Part shown: piece by piece, positions 37,900 to 46,963 of the stretch
Layout of the letters: every line of letters begins with the position of its first letter
Numbering within the stretch: position 1 is the stretch's first letter
Assembly (NCBI GenBank): GCA_965201075.1
Contig: CBDAVP010000003.1
Location: 62,001 to 126,000, forward strand
DNA from: Isosphaeraceae bacterium
GTDB taxonomy: Bacteria > Planctomycetota > Planctomycetia > Isosphaerales > Isosphaeraceae
Direction: 5' to 3'
DNA length: 64,000 bases
Notes under the pieces: model-generated
Databases searched by the model: none
What the model was told of the DNA's origin: nothing
What the model saw: the letters and a program-made list of their open reading frames with translations, nothing else
Position numbers and translations under genes: made by a program

Positions 37900-40711
37900 C
37901 GATCAACTCCCAGTGCAGGTGGGTCGCGCCCCGGATGTCCAGTCGAGCGCCGTCTGGGGTCTCGACCAGCGGAGCCGGGCCGACCCGTGCGCCGGTGTTG
38001 TCCAAAGCGAAGCCGCGGACCTTCCCGGCCCGCCTCCAGTGGACCGTGACATCAATCGGCTCGACCAGCAATGGGGGTCGACCTGGGTCGGCGACCTCGG
38101 CGCGGTGCATGTCGGCCCAGCGAAACCCGGTCGGCTGGACGCGGGCCACCGCGGTGACCAGTAGCCGTTTGGTCCGGGAGATCGGCTCGCTTCCCATCGC
38201 GGTCGCCGCGACGACGGCATAGGGGCAACGGACCTCGAACCGCAGGTCCTCGGTTTCCGCCGGATCTTTCCCCGTCCAGCCGGCCAGGGCCAGGGTGTGA
38301 GGCGAGTCGACAATCAGGCGATTCCGGGTCGAAGGGCGGCCCTTGGGGCGGAGCGCGCGGGTTCGGTCGTCGCGGTCTCGCAGGTAGATCGACGAGGCGT
38401 GGGGCAGGAGGGCGAAGACCTGGGGGTTGCCGCCGAGGGACTCGGGGATCGGGAAGATGTCATCCACCCCACCGGTCCCGGTGGCGGCGGCGCCCCAGGT
38501 CGTCGGGTAGAGGAACACTCCGCGACGAACCAGGGCATCCCAGTCCTCGGAACGGGCGACCTGGGTCGCGTACAGAAGGTCGGCCCCTTCGTAGGGCAAG
38601 GCCCAGGAGCCGTCGGTGTGGGCACACCACTGGCCGACGACGTAGGGGCGGTCGGCCCTACGCTTGCGGGCAGCCTCCGCCAGGAAGCCGCCGGGCTCCA
38701 CCAGAAGCGTCCGATGATCTGGATTGGCCCAGGGGGGGGGCGTCCAGTAGAGACGGTCGTCGATCAGGTCGAGCCCGGGAGCGATCTGCGCGGCGTTGAA
38801 CTCCGTCTCCCGGCGCCAGTGAGAGTTGCCGGCCAGCGGCGCCTTGACCCCGAAGGCGCGCAGGGCCTCGGCCTCGGCCTTCCACTGGGCGGCCTCGGCC
38901 AGCTGCCAGGCCCTCCGGTGACTGGCCGCGGACCGTTTGCCGGCGGGCCGGTGGACGCGATCCACCTCGGCGGGCAAGGCGTCCGGGTCCTCGGTCAGGT
39001 CGAACAGAGACAGTTCGCCGGCCAGGGTGATCCAGGCCAGCGAGGGGTCATCCTTCAAGGCCAGGCCGGTCTCGGCGTTGACGTGGCCGAGCAGGGCCTT
39101 GGCCCCCTCGATCGCCAGAGCCCTCACCTTGTGGTCGAATGCCGCCGCTGGGCCACCGCCGGGGGGAAGTTTGCCGGCCGAGGGGACGTCGTCCTCGGCA
39201 CGAAACCGCCGGGCCCCCTGGAGTTCCAGAGCGTAGGCGATCCCCCTGCGCTTCAGGGCGGCAAGCAGGTGGTCGAGCCGCGAGAGGGATTCCGGATCGA
39301 GGGCCTTGGTATCGTCCCGGGTATCGTCGAACAGGCTGCGGCCGGGACCGAGGGACGCGTCCAGATCCCCCAGACGCACCAGGTTCACTCCCGAGCGGGA
39401 CAGTCGGTCGGCCAAGGCGTCGGCCCGGGCCGTTGTCTGAAAGGCCGTGGGGGCGAGCAGGCTGACCCCGAAGAACCGAGCCGGTCGGCCGTCCTCATAA
39501 GCGAAGTGGTGGTCTCGGACTGTGACCCGGCCGTGGGCGCCGGCCGGGGCGTCGAGCCAGACGGAGGCGTCGAGGGCCGACCCCTCGACGATCGGCCCTC
39601 CAGGGACGAAGGGAACCCAGTCGGAGGTCTCGTCTTCCACTCCGTTGAGGGGCCAGGTCCCTGCTCCGGGGTTGGTGAAGGTCGTGACCGAGACGTCGTC
39701 GATCCGCAAGATGCCCGTCGGGTCGAATGTCTCGAACTGGAGGATTACGGCCGAGGCGCCGACGGGGACTCGGACGGTAGCCCGCTCGTCCTGCCAGTCT
39801 GTCGAGCCCGACCAGCGGAACGCGGTGGCCCGCTCGGCGTCGCCTTTCAGGAGGTCCCCGGAGGCGTCGAGGAAATAGCAGGTACCCTCGGCGCCGCCCG
39901 ATTCTCGAAGTCCCTTGGACCACGACGACAGCCGGATCAGGAGTTCTCCGCCTCCGGGATCGATCGGACCGGCCAGGCCCGCGAGCGCCTTGCCCCGTCC
40001 CCGGGGGAACTCCAGGCAAGAGGCGGAATGATGGCCGGGATAGGTCCGGTGAGCGTTCTCCTGGATGACCCAGCCGGTGGGCTTCGGGTCCCCCAACTCA
40101 AAGTCGCCATTGCGCAAGAGATTCGTCGTTTCGGAACCCCCGACGGGTTCGAGGTCGAAGGTCAGCGAGTCGACCTCCAGAACCCCGGTCGCGCCCAGGA
40201 GCCCGACGGTCATGATGACGTCGCGGGTGCCGGGGGGGACGGCGATCCGGCGGGCCACCCGGGTCCAGCGTGGGCCGATCGTCTTGGTCCAGGGCCCGAG
40301 GGAGCCGTGGCGAAGAATTTGCCGCCCGTCGTCGAGGAAGTCGATCGACAGGGCCGCGTCCTCGCCCACCCGGCTGCCTCCTCGTAGGTTTTCCCCGCGC
40401 ACCCACAACCCCAGGGTCACGCCGCCGGTCTCCCGGCCGTCGAGGTTGAAGGCGCGACTGGCCCTCGCGGGTCGACTCGGGCGGGTGTTTTCGAACCGCA
40501 GGCAGGCCACGCCGTCGCCAATCCCCCCTTTGATGACCCTGGCGTCCCGGAGGTTGTACCAGTGGTCGGGCACACCGTCGCCGTCCTCGTCCGTGTCGAA
40601 GTTGTCGAGGGTCGGAGGCGGTTCGAGTGGGCGGGGGTCGACGAAAGTTTGGGCACCCACGGACCCGGCGAGGGCAACGACCAAAAAGAGGGTACGGGCG
40701 ACGTTCGTCAC
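37892..40711 (-). CDS. Exported protein: two CBM-like beta-sandwiches + degenerate clan GH-A (GH5-like) barrel
   Basis: Signal peptide; NLLRNGDFE and ID(D)VS CBM_4_9-like ends; G.PARFFGV, GVNLVRL, HVN..TG....DDP; catalytic positions look altered. Confidence 0.7.
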   Translation of the reverse strand: MTNVARTLFLVVALAGSVGAQTFVDPRPLEPPPTLDNFDTDEDGDGVPDHWYNLRDARVIKGGIGDGVACLRFENTRPSRPARASRAFNLDGRETGGVTLGLWVRGENLRGGSRVGEDAALSIDFLDDGRQILRHGSLGPWTKTIGPRWTRVARRIAVPPGTRDVIMTVGLLGATGVLEVDSLTFDLEPVGGSETTNLLRNGDFELGDPKPTGWVIQENAHRTYPGHHSASCLEFPRGRGKALAGLAGPIDPGGGELLIRLSSWSKGLRESGGAEGTCYFLDASGDLLKGDAERATAFRWSGSTDWQDERATVRVPVGASAVILQFETFDPTGILRIDDVSVTTFTNPGAGTWPLNGVEDETSDWVPFVPGGPIVEGSALDASVWLDAPAGAHGRVTVRDHHFAYEDGRPARFFGVSLLAPTAFQTTARADALADRLSRSGVNLVRLGDLDASLGPGRSLFDDTRDDTKALDPESLSRLDHLLAALKRRGIAYALELQGARRFRAEDDVPSAGKLPPGGGPAAAFDHKVRALAIEGAKALLGHVNAETGLALKDDPSLAWITLAGELSLFDLTEDPDALPAEVDRVHRPAGKRSAASHRRAWQLAEAAQWKAEAEALRAFGVKAPLAGNSHWRRETEFNAAQIAPGLDLIDDRLYWTPPPWANPDHRTLLVEPGGFLAEAARKRRADRPYVVGQWCAHTDGSWALPYEGADLLYATQVARSEDWDALVRRGVFLYPTTWGAAATGTGGVDDIFPIPESLGGNPQVFALLPHASSIYLRDRDDRTRALRPKGRPSTRNRLIVDSPHTLALAGWTGKDPAETEDLRFEVRCPYAVVAATAMGSEPISRTKRLLVTAVARVQPTGFRWADMHRAEVADPGRPPLLVEPIDVTVHWRRAGKVRGFALDNTGARVGPAPLVETPDGARLDIRGATHLHWELIVE

Positions 40712-41499
40712 GGCTTGGGCTTCCGCGGCAGGTCCACGGTCGCCCCCTTTTCCCCTTGCTTCAGCGCCTCGCCCGTCATCGGCACGAACAGCGTGGGCCT
40801 TAGCTTCTTGCCGGTAAGCTTGCCGTCCTTCTTCACCATCAGGAACACGGCCTGGTCGAAACGACCGCCCACGGGGATCACCATCCGGCCCCCCTCCTTG
40901 AGTTGCTCAACCAGCGGCGGGGGCACCGACTGCGGGGCGCAGGTGACGATGATGGCGTCGAACGGCGCGGCCTCGGGCCAACCGGCGTAACCGTCCCCCA
41001 CCCGAGTATGGACATTGCTATACCCAAGCTCGGCGATGACCTTGGCGGCTCGCTCGCCCAGGGGCTTGTGGATCTCGACCGAATAGACGTCCTGGACCAG
41101 CCGGGAGAGGATCGACGCCTGGTAGCCCGAGCCCGTGCCAACCTCGTAGACCTTGTCGGTGGTCTTGGGCTGGAGGGCCTCGGTCATGAAGGCGACGTCG
41201 AAGGTCGGAGTGATCGTCTGGCCCAGGCCGATCGGGATCGACTCATCCTCGTAGGCCAGGCGTTGGGATTCGGGAGGAAGGAAACGGTGGCGGGGGACCG
41301 TGCGGAAGGCATCCAGGACGCGAGGGTCCTTGATACCACGCTCGACCAGGTGAAGCTGAACCATCCGCGCCCGGGCGGCGGCGGTTGGGTCATTGCTCTC
41401 GACGGCGGCCGGGGGTTTCGCCGGAGGCTCGTAGGCCCGAACGCGGGACAGCGACGAAGGAACCAGGATCATCACCAGGCAGACGGTCCGCAGCCTCAT
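40708..41499 (-). CDS. pcm: Protein-L-isoaspartate O-methyltransferase-like protein with N-terminal signal-like peptide
   Basis: VPRHRF, PIGLGQTI, EVGTGSGYQA, GDGYAGWPEAAPFDAIIVT, QLKEGGRMVIPVG, FVPM. Confidence 0.92.
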   Translation of the reverse strand: MRLRTVCLVMILVPSSLSRVRAYEPPAKPPAAVESNDPTAAARARMVQLHLVERGIKDPRVLDAFRTVPRHRFLPPESQRLAYEDESIPIGLGQTITPTFDVAFMTEALQPKTTDKVYEVGTGSGYQASILSRLVQDVYSVEIHKPLGERAAKVIAELGYSNVHTRVGDGYAGWPEAAPFDAIIVTCAPQSVPPPLVEQLKEGGRMVIPVGGRFDQAVFLMVKKDGKLTGKKLRPTLFVPMTGEALKQGEKGATVDLPRKPKP

Positions 41500-41597
41500 G
41501 ACGGAATCCTTCCGGGACGCGAGGGGGCTTGTCCGCAAGTATACGGTGGGCGCCTTTCGAGGGGAAGGAGCCGGAAGGGTGAGTCGTTGGGGTGAGT

Positions 41598-41627
41598 TTG
41601 CAAAGGGGGGGGCCGATCTGATAGGAT
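41598..41627 (+). promoter_or_regulatory. Possible sigma-70 promoter (extended -10) of hisS-hisZ-hisG
   Basis: TTGCAA-N18-TAGGAT with TG one base before the -10 hexamer. Confidence 0.4.
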
Positions 41628-41719
41628 CGCGGCCCGGCAACAAACCCGCCCGGGGTCTCGGGTTGTGCGCCCGCCGGACTGGTTTCCTCGCTGATCCCAC
41701 GCCGCAGGATCTTCTCGCC

Positions 41720-43075
41720 ATGATCGACCCCCGCGTGGCCAGCGGGCTGCGGGACATCCCTCCCGCCGCGATGCTCCCCCGCGAGCGGATGACCGAGGCG
41801 TTCCGCAAGACCTTCGCGCAGTTCGGCTTCCTGCCGATCGAGACCCCGCACATCGAGCGAATGGACGTCCTGACCGGCAAGGGGGCCGGGTCGGACGAGG
41901 TCTTGCGGCAGATTTTCGAGGTCACGAACAAGGGCGGAACCCCCGGCGAATTGGCCCTGCGGTTCGACCTGACCGTCCCGCTGGCCCGGTTCATCGCCAA
42001 GCATGTCGAGGCGCTGGGCACCCCGTTCAAACGGTACGCGATCGGCTCGGTCTTCCGGGGAGAGCGGCCGGCGAAGGGGCGATTTCGCGAGTTCGTGCAG
42101 TGCGACTTCGACACGGTGGGCACCGAAAGCCGGGTGGCCGACGCCGAAATCATTCAGGTGGTCCACGACGCCCTGACCGCCGCCGGGGTGCCGTCGTTCA
42201 CGATCGCCCTGAATGATCGCCGGGTCCTGGACGGGCTACTCGGCTCGCTGGGGCTCGTGGGCAAGACGGGGGCGGTGCTTCGCTCGCTGGACAAGCTGGG
42301 GAAGATTGGTCGCGAGGCGGTGATCGCCGAACTCGTGGCCGAAGCGGGGGCGGCGCTGAACCCGGAGGCGGCCGGGCGGGTGCTGGACTTTGCCGAAGCG
42401 GGTCGGGGGGGCATTGAAGTCGTGGATCGGGCCGAGGCCGAGCTGGGTGGAGCCCCCGGCGCGGCGGAAGGTCTGGCGAGCTTGCGAGGGATTGTCGGGC
42501 TGCTCGATGCCGGCGGAGTTTCGGCGAGTCGGACGCGGATTGACCTGGGGCTGGCCCGGGGGCTGGACTATTACACCGGAGTGGTATTCGAGACAACCGT
42601 CGACGGCTGGGAGCGATTCGGCAGCATCGCCTCGGGCGGGCGGTATGACCACCTGGCGAGCCTGTACACCACCAGAAGGCTTCCCGGGGTGGGCGGGTCG
42701 ATCGGCCTGGATCGGCTTCTGGCCTTATTGGAAGAGTCGAAAGCCCTGCCGGCGGTCAGCCATCCGGCGCCGGTCCTGGTGGCGAACTTCCCGAGGGTCG
42801 AGCCGACCACGCCGGTCCGCCTGGCGAGCCGGCTCCGCAAGGCCGGCATCGGCGCCGAGGTGTTTCCCGAGGCGATCCAGGTGGGCAAGCAGATGGGGTA
42901 CGGGTCGACCCGGGGGCATCGCCTGGCCGTCATTGTCGGCCCGGAAGAATTCGCCGGGCAGGTGTTTAACCTTCGCGACCTGGCGACTCGCCAGGAGCAA
43001 AAGGGGATTCCGTGGGCGGAATTGGAACAAGTGGTCAAACAGGCTCTGGAAGGAACGTCCGGGGCGGAGGGATGA
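41720..43075 (+). CDS. hisS: Histidine--tRNA ligase
   Basis: GLRD, LRFDLTVPLARF, FRGERPAKGRFREFVQCDFD, ARGLDYYTG, GGRYD.L, GLDRL, C-terminal anticodon-binding domain. Confidence 0.96.
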   Translation: MIDPRVASGLRDIPPAAMLPRERMTEAFRKTFAQFGFLPIETPHIERMDVLTGKGAGSDEVLRQIFEVTNKGGTPGELALRFDLTVPLARFIAKHVEALGTPFKRYAIGSVFRGERPAKGRFREFVQCDFDTVGTESRVADAEIIQVVHDALTAAGVPSFTIALNDRRVLDGLLGSLGLVGKTGAVLRSLDKLGKIGREAVIAELVAEAGAALNPEAAGRVLDFAEAGRGGIEVVDRAEAELGGAPGAAEGLASLRGIVGLLDAGGVSASRTRIDLGLARGLDYYTGVVFETTVDGWERFGSIASGGRYDHLASLYTTRRLPGVGGSIGLDRLLALLEESKALPAVSHPAPVLVANFPRVEPTTPVRLASRLRKAGIGAEVFPEAIQVGKQMGYGSTRGHRLAVIVGPEEFAGQVFNLRDLATRQEQKGIPWAELEQVVKQALEGTSGAEG

Positions 43076-44619
43076 CGATCCTTAACGGGGAACGACCGAT
43101 CGCCGCGGTAAGGGGCACGCAGTCACGTTTGCCGGGGGAATACGCTCGCCTGGCGGACCTGGAAGCGTTGCTGCTGGACCGCTTCGCCCTGGCCGGCTTC
43201 GACCAGATGCGGACGCCCGTGCTGGAGCCGACCGAACTGCACGAGCGCAAGAGCGGGGCGGCGATCGTCTCGAAGCTTTATGAGCTGGCCGATGGGCAGG
43301 GCGGCTCGCTTTGTTTGCGGCCCGAACTGACGGCGGGGATCATCCAGGCCTATACCTCGGCGGCCGAGGCACCGGCGCTGCCCTTGAGGGTGTCGCAGGC
43401 CGGTTCGGTGTTCCGTCGAGAGAAGTCGCCGGCCCCGGGCCTCTGGCGGGAGTTTCGTCAGGTCGGTGTCGAACTGATTGGCGCGGGGGGACCGTCCGCC
43501 GATGCCGAGGTGATTGCTTTGGCCGACTGGGCCCTGACCGAGGCCGGAGTGTCCGGGGCGACGATTCGTCTGGGGCACCTGGGCTTGATCCTGGAGATGC
43601 TCGGCCGGTCGGGCTTGCCGGCGGCGGCGCGGGCGACTTTGGTTCAGACGGTTGGCGAGGCCGCCGCCGAGGGGGGCGACCTTTCGGCCCTGGAACGGGG
43701 GCTCGATAACCTGCTGCACTGGCTCGACACCTCGGCGGGGGCCGACGATGGCGGGCCGGCGGTGGCGGTGGAAGGGGCCGAAGATCGTGGGGTGGATCGG
43801 CTGTTCCGGACGCTGGTCCCGGTCGTGAACGGCCGTCGTGAGGGGCACGAAATCGTCGGTCGTCTGCGACGTAAGTGGGACCTGGGCCGTTCGTTGCGTG
43901 GAACCGTCGACTCGGTCCGCCACCAGTGCCGAACGCTGGCGACCTTGCAAGGGCCTCCGGTCGAGGTTCTGGCTCGCCTGACGAGGGATCATGTCGACCT
44001 GGCGCCCGAGTCGGTCGCCGAGCTGCGGGCGTTGATCGCGACGCTGGATCATCATGGGATTGGCCCCGATCGCATCCACCTGGACTTTGGCTTTGGCCGG
44101 GGGATTGGCTTTTACTCGCAGGTGATCTTTGAGTTGATCGCCCCCACTCCCGACGGCCCTCTGGAGGTTTGCGGCGGGGGTCGTTACGACGGCCTGGCGA
44201 GGGTGCTCGGGTCGGAACGTGACGACCGTGGCGTGGGGTTCGCCTTCGGTTTGGAACGCCTGGCGGCGGCGATCGAGGCTCGTCCGGAGGGTGGGACGTC
44301 GGTGCGTCGGGGGGTGGTGATGCTCGGCGGTGAGGGGGATGCCGCGTCCATCCGCCTGGCCCAACGCTTGAGGGCCGAGGGTTGCCCCGTTCATCCGCTG
44401 GCGGGCGGGACACTCGACGAGGCGAGGCGTTATTCCCGTTCCCTGGGGTTGGGCAAGGTGATGCAAGTCGCTTCGGCCGGGGGATCGGGGGTCGCCCAGC
44501 CGTTGCTATGGGTCGATCGAGCAGGCGGGCGGGCGGATGAGTCGGAGGCCCCGGTAGGGTTCTTCCGCGATGAGGATCTCATCGCATTCGCCAGGGGCGA
44601 GGCGGGGGCGCGTCGATGA
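43072..44619 (+). CDS. hisZ: ATP phosphoribosyltransferase regulatory subunit (HisRS paralogue)
   Basis: LRPELT, REFRQVGVELIG, GRGIGFYS (not RGLDYY), GGGRYDGL, GFAFGLERL; ATGA-coupled between hisS and hisG. Confidence 0.8.
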   Translation: MTILNGERPIAAVRGTQSRLPGEYARLADLEALLLDRFALAGFDQMRTPVLEPTELHERKSGAAIVSKLYELADGQGGSLCLRPELTAGIIQAYTSAAEAPALPLRVSQAGSVFRREKSPAPGLWREFRQVGVELIGAGGPSADAEVIALADWALTEAGVSGATIRLGHLGLILEMLGRSGLPAAARATLVQTVGEAAAEGGDLSALERGLDNLLHWLDTSAGADDGGPAVAVEGAEDRGVDRLFRTLVPVVNGRREGHEIVGRLRRKWDLGRSLRGTVDSVRHQCRTLATLQGPPVEVLARLTRDHVDLAPESVAELRALIATLDHHGIGPDRIHLDFGFGRGIGFYSQVIFELIAPTPDGPLEVCGGGRYDGLARVLGSERDDRGVGFAFGLERLAAAIEARPEGGTSVRRGVVMLGGEGDAASIRLAQRLRAEGCPVHPLAGGTLDEARRYSRSLGLGKVMQVASAGGSGVAQPLLWVDRAGGRADESEAPVGFFRDEDLIAFARGEAGARR

Positions 44620-45701
44620 GTGGAGAGATCCGCCAGATCGACCCGATCCGGGTGGCCTTGCCCTCGAAGGGGCACCTGTACGATGGCATTGTTGCCCTCC
44701 TGAAAACGGCGGGATACAAGGTCCAGCGCGTCAGTGACCGGCAGTATGAGGCCACGATCGCCGGCCAGCCCCGGTTTCACGTCGTCTTCATGAGGCCGGC
44801 CGACATCGTCGCCCAGGTCCAGGAGGGACGTTGCCAGTTAGGCGTCACCGGATTCGACGTCTACGCCGAGCGAGCCGGGGAGGTCGACCAGGCCCGGGTC
44901 GTGGTCGAGGACCTGGGGTATGGCGGCTGCCGATTGGTGGTGGCGGTCCCGGAAAGCTGGATCGACGCGACCCACATCGTGGACCTCGCCGACCTCGCCG
45001 CCGAGTTCAAGGCGGCCGGCAGGTCATTTCGGGTCTCCACCAAGTACCCCTCGCTCGCCCGCGCCCACCTGCGGCGCTGGGGCGTTCATGACTTCCAGGT
45101 GATCGAGTCCGATGGGGCCCTGGAGCTGCACCCGAGTCTGGGGATCGCCGATGTGATCGTCGACCTGACCAGTTCGGGGACGACCTTGAAGGACAATCGC
45201 CTGCGAGAGATTCGCGAGGGGACCGTGCTGGAGTCGGCCGCTTGCCTGATTGGTCACGGCCCAAGCCTTGCCCAACTGACCGCCGAGGGTCCGAACAGCC
45301 CGTTAGCCTTGCTCCTCGATGCCCTGGACGGCGTTCGGGCCTCGGAGGGTTGGTTACACATGGAAGTGGTTGGCGGGCCAGCGAGTTCCGGCGGGGACCC
45401 GGCTGACCGAGTGGCCACCTATCTCAGCGAGCGGGGAGCCCGTCACGTCGCCCGCGGAGAGATTTTCGACGACCAGGGATCGCCTGGGTGGCGGGTCACG
45501 GCTTTGGTCGCGGCCAAGGCGCTGACCGGGTTTCGTCGTCACCTGCTGGGCCTGGGAGCGGCTCGGATTATCGGTCTTCCCACCCGGTTCGTTTTCGACC
45601 GCGACGCCGAATCGACCTTTGATCGCCTCATCGAAACGACCCGAGAATCCAACGAAACCGGCGGCCCCGAGGGGGGTCGCCGGTTCGCGATAACGGGCTG
45701 A
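44616..45701 (+). CDS. hisG: ATP phosphoribosyltransferase with C-terminal extension
   Basis: ALPSKG, RPADI, GVTGFD, LGYGGCRL, TKYP, GALEL.P.LGIAD.IVDL.SSG.TL..N.L. Confidence 0.95.
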   Translation: MSGEIRQIDPIRVALPSKGHLYDGIVALLKTAGYKVQRVSDRQYEATIAGQPRFHVVFMRPADIVAQVQEGRCQLGVTGFDVYAERAGEVDQARVVVEDLGYGGCRLVVAVPESWIDATHIVDLADLAAEFKAAGRSFRVSTKYPSLARAHLRRWGVHDFQVIESDGALELHPSLGIADVIVDLTSSGTTLKDNRLREIREGTVLESAACLIGHGPSLAQLTAEGPNSPLALLLDALDGVRASEGWLHMEVVGGPASSGGDPADRVATYLSERGARHVARGEIFDDQGSPGWRVTALVAAKALTGFRRHLLGLGAARIIGLPTRFVFDRDAESTFDRLIETTRESNETGGPEGGRRFAITG

Positions 45702-45716
45702 TCGACGAATGACGGG

Positions 45717-46601
45717 TCAGTTGCCGATCGAGGGAGCCGCCGGGGTGGCGGGTACTCGGGGAACGCGGACCTTGGGCAGGTCATTATTGGCGGCTCCGCT
45801 GCCGGCGGCCGGAGCGGCGGCCGCGGCGGCGATGGCGGCGTCCGAGGCCGGGACGATGATCGCCACGGAGGTTGCCTCATTGAGATTGCCGGCCGTTCGG
45901 TACTGCACGGCGACGTACTGCTCAGGCTTCAGGTTGGTGAAGTTGGTCATCGAGACCATCGGCATCCGCACGTTGGCAGCGCTTCGGGCGTTGGTGGTGG
46001 TCGGGTTGTACGGGTTCGAGCCATCGGCCACAATCCGACCTGCGGGCGTACGAGCGTAGGTGTAAATCTTCGTCTTGCGAGTCACGACGACCGAGACTGG
46101 CTTCGGGGCGTCCTTGGCGTCGGTATTGGACTTGGGGGACTTCGCGGCATAGTCGGCCCAGTTGCGAGCCGGCTCCATGGTGAAGCGGATCTGCTCTCCC
46201 GGAAGATCCTTACCGGGCCGGGCGAGGTCGCCGGTAATCAATCCTTCCGCGGCTTCCGTGCCCGCGGGCAAGGTGGCCCTGGGATTGGCGCCCGGGATGC
46301 CCGCCATCTGGTTCGAGGGGGCGCGATTGGGACGTCCGGCGTTGCCGTTCAGGTCAACTCGCTCGGCTCTCGTGCCGGGAGGGGCTGGGTCGGACGCGGT
46401 GGCAGGGACGGGCGTAAGAACTTCGCTCCCAACCGTCGGCGGATCGAAAGTGTCGGCGTTGTCGCGGAGTTTGTTGGTGGCGGGAGTCGTCGTCGGCGGT
46501 CCAACGGGTTGCTTGCCGTCCTGCGCGTCGGCCGTGCCGAACATCAACAGCGGCGCGGCGAAGCCCCAGGCAATGAGTCGGCACGATTGAGGGATGCGCA
46601 T
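45717..46601 (-). CDS. Secreted hypothetical protein (Pro/Ala-rich; C-terminal DUF5666/OB-like segment)
   Basis: GGAGA SD; signal peptide ending ADA; VVVTRKTKI...NLKPEQYVAVQY...ATSVAI pattern. Confidence 0.7.
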   Translation of the reverse strand: MRIPQSCRLIAWGFAAPLLMFGTADAQDGKQPVGPPTTTPATNKLRDNADTFDPPTVGSEVLTPVPATASDPAPPGTRAERVDLNGNAGRPNRAPSNQMAGIPGANPRATLPAGTEAAEGLITGDLARPGKDLPGEQIRFTMEPARNWADYAAKSPKSNTDAKDAPKPVSVVVTRKTKIYTYARTPAGRIVADGSNPYNPTTTNARSAANVRMPMVSMTNFTNLKPEQYVAVQYRTAGNLNEATSVAIIVPASDAAIAAAAAAPAAGSGAANNDLPKVRVPRVPATPAAPSIGN

Positions 46602-46678
46602 CGCAAGTCTCCCAGAACGTCGCCCGGCCCGACCTCGTCGGAAGCCATGCCCTGCGACGTTAAACCGCATGTGAGTAG

Positions 46679-46693
46679 GCAAATTAAGTGCCA
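46679..46693 (-). promoter_or_regulatory. Sigma-54 promoter of the secreted hypothetical protein
   Basis: Minus strand TGGCACTTAATTTGC, a perfect TGGCAC-N5-TTGC, 78 bp upstream of ATG 46601. Confidence 0.85.
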
Positions 46694-46858
46694 TCGACCC
46701 TCTCTCCCGGCATGACTCCAGAGGACCGGCCGGTGGACTTTCACCAATTCCACGATAGGACTGGATCGGTCCGGGCGTTTCAGGAACACCGTGCGGGCCG
46801 ACGGACCCGGTCCCGGTGAAACCTTCTCGGCTTGGTGAGGTGTTCCGAAGGATTGCGA

Positions 46859-46874
46859 TGGCATCCCCTCCGCA
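46859..46874 (+). promoter_or_regulatory. Possible weaker sigma-54 promoter of tagJ-like gene
   Basis: TGGCATCCCCTCCGCA (GG-N10-GC; -12 box is CCGC rather than TTGC). Confidence 0.4.
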
Positions 46875-46963
46875 TTACCTTGAGAATCTCGCTTCCCCAA
46901 CGATCGACGTTTCGGGGTGTGAGTGTGTTGTCGATCCGACGGGACCAAGGCGGAGGGCTCAGG

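Noticed and set aside
41500..42153. Extended 481-aa pcm ORF
   Set aside because: The extension is antisense to hisS; ATG 41499 is the plausible start
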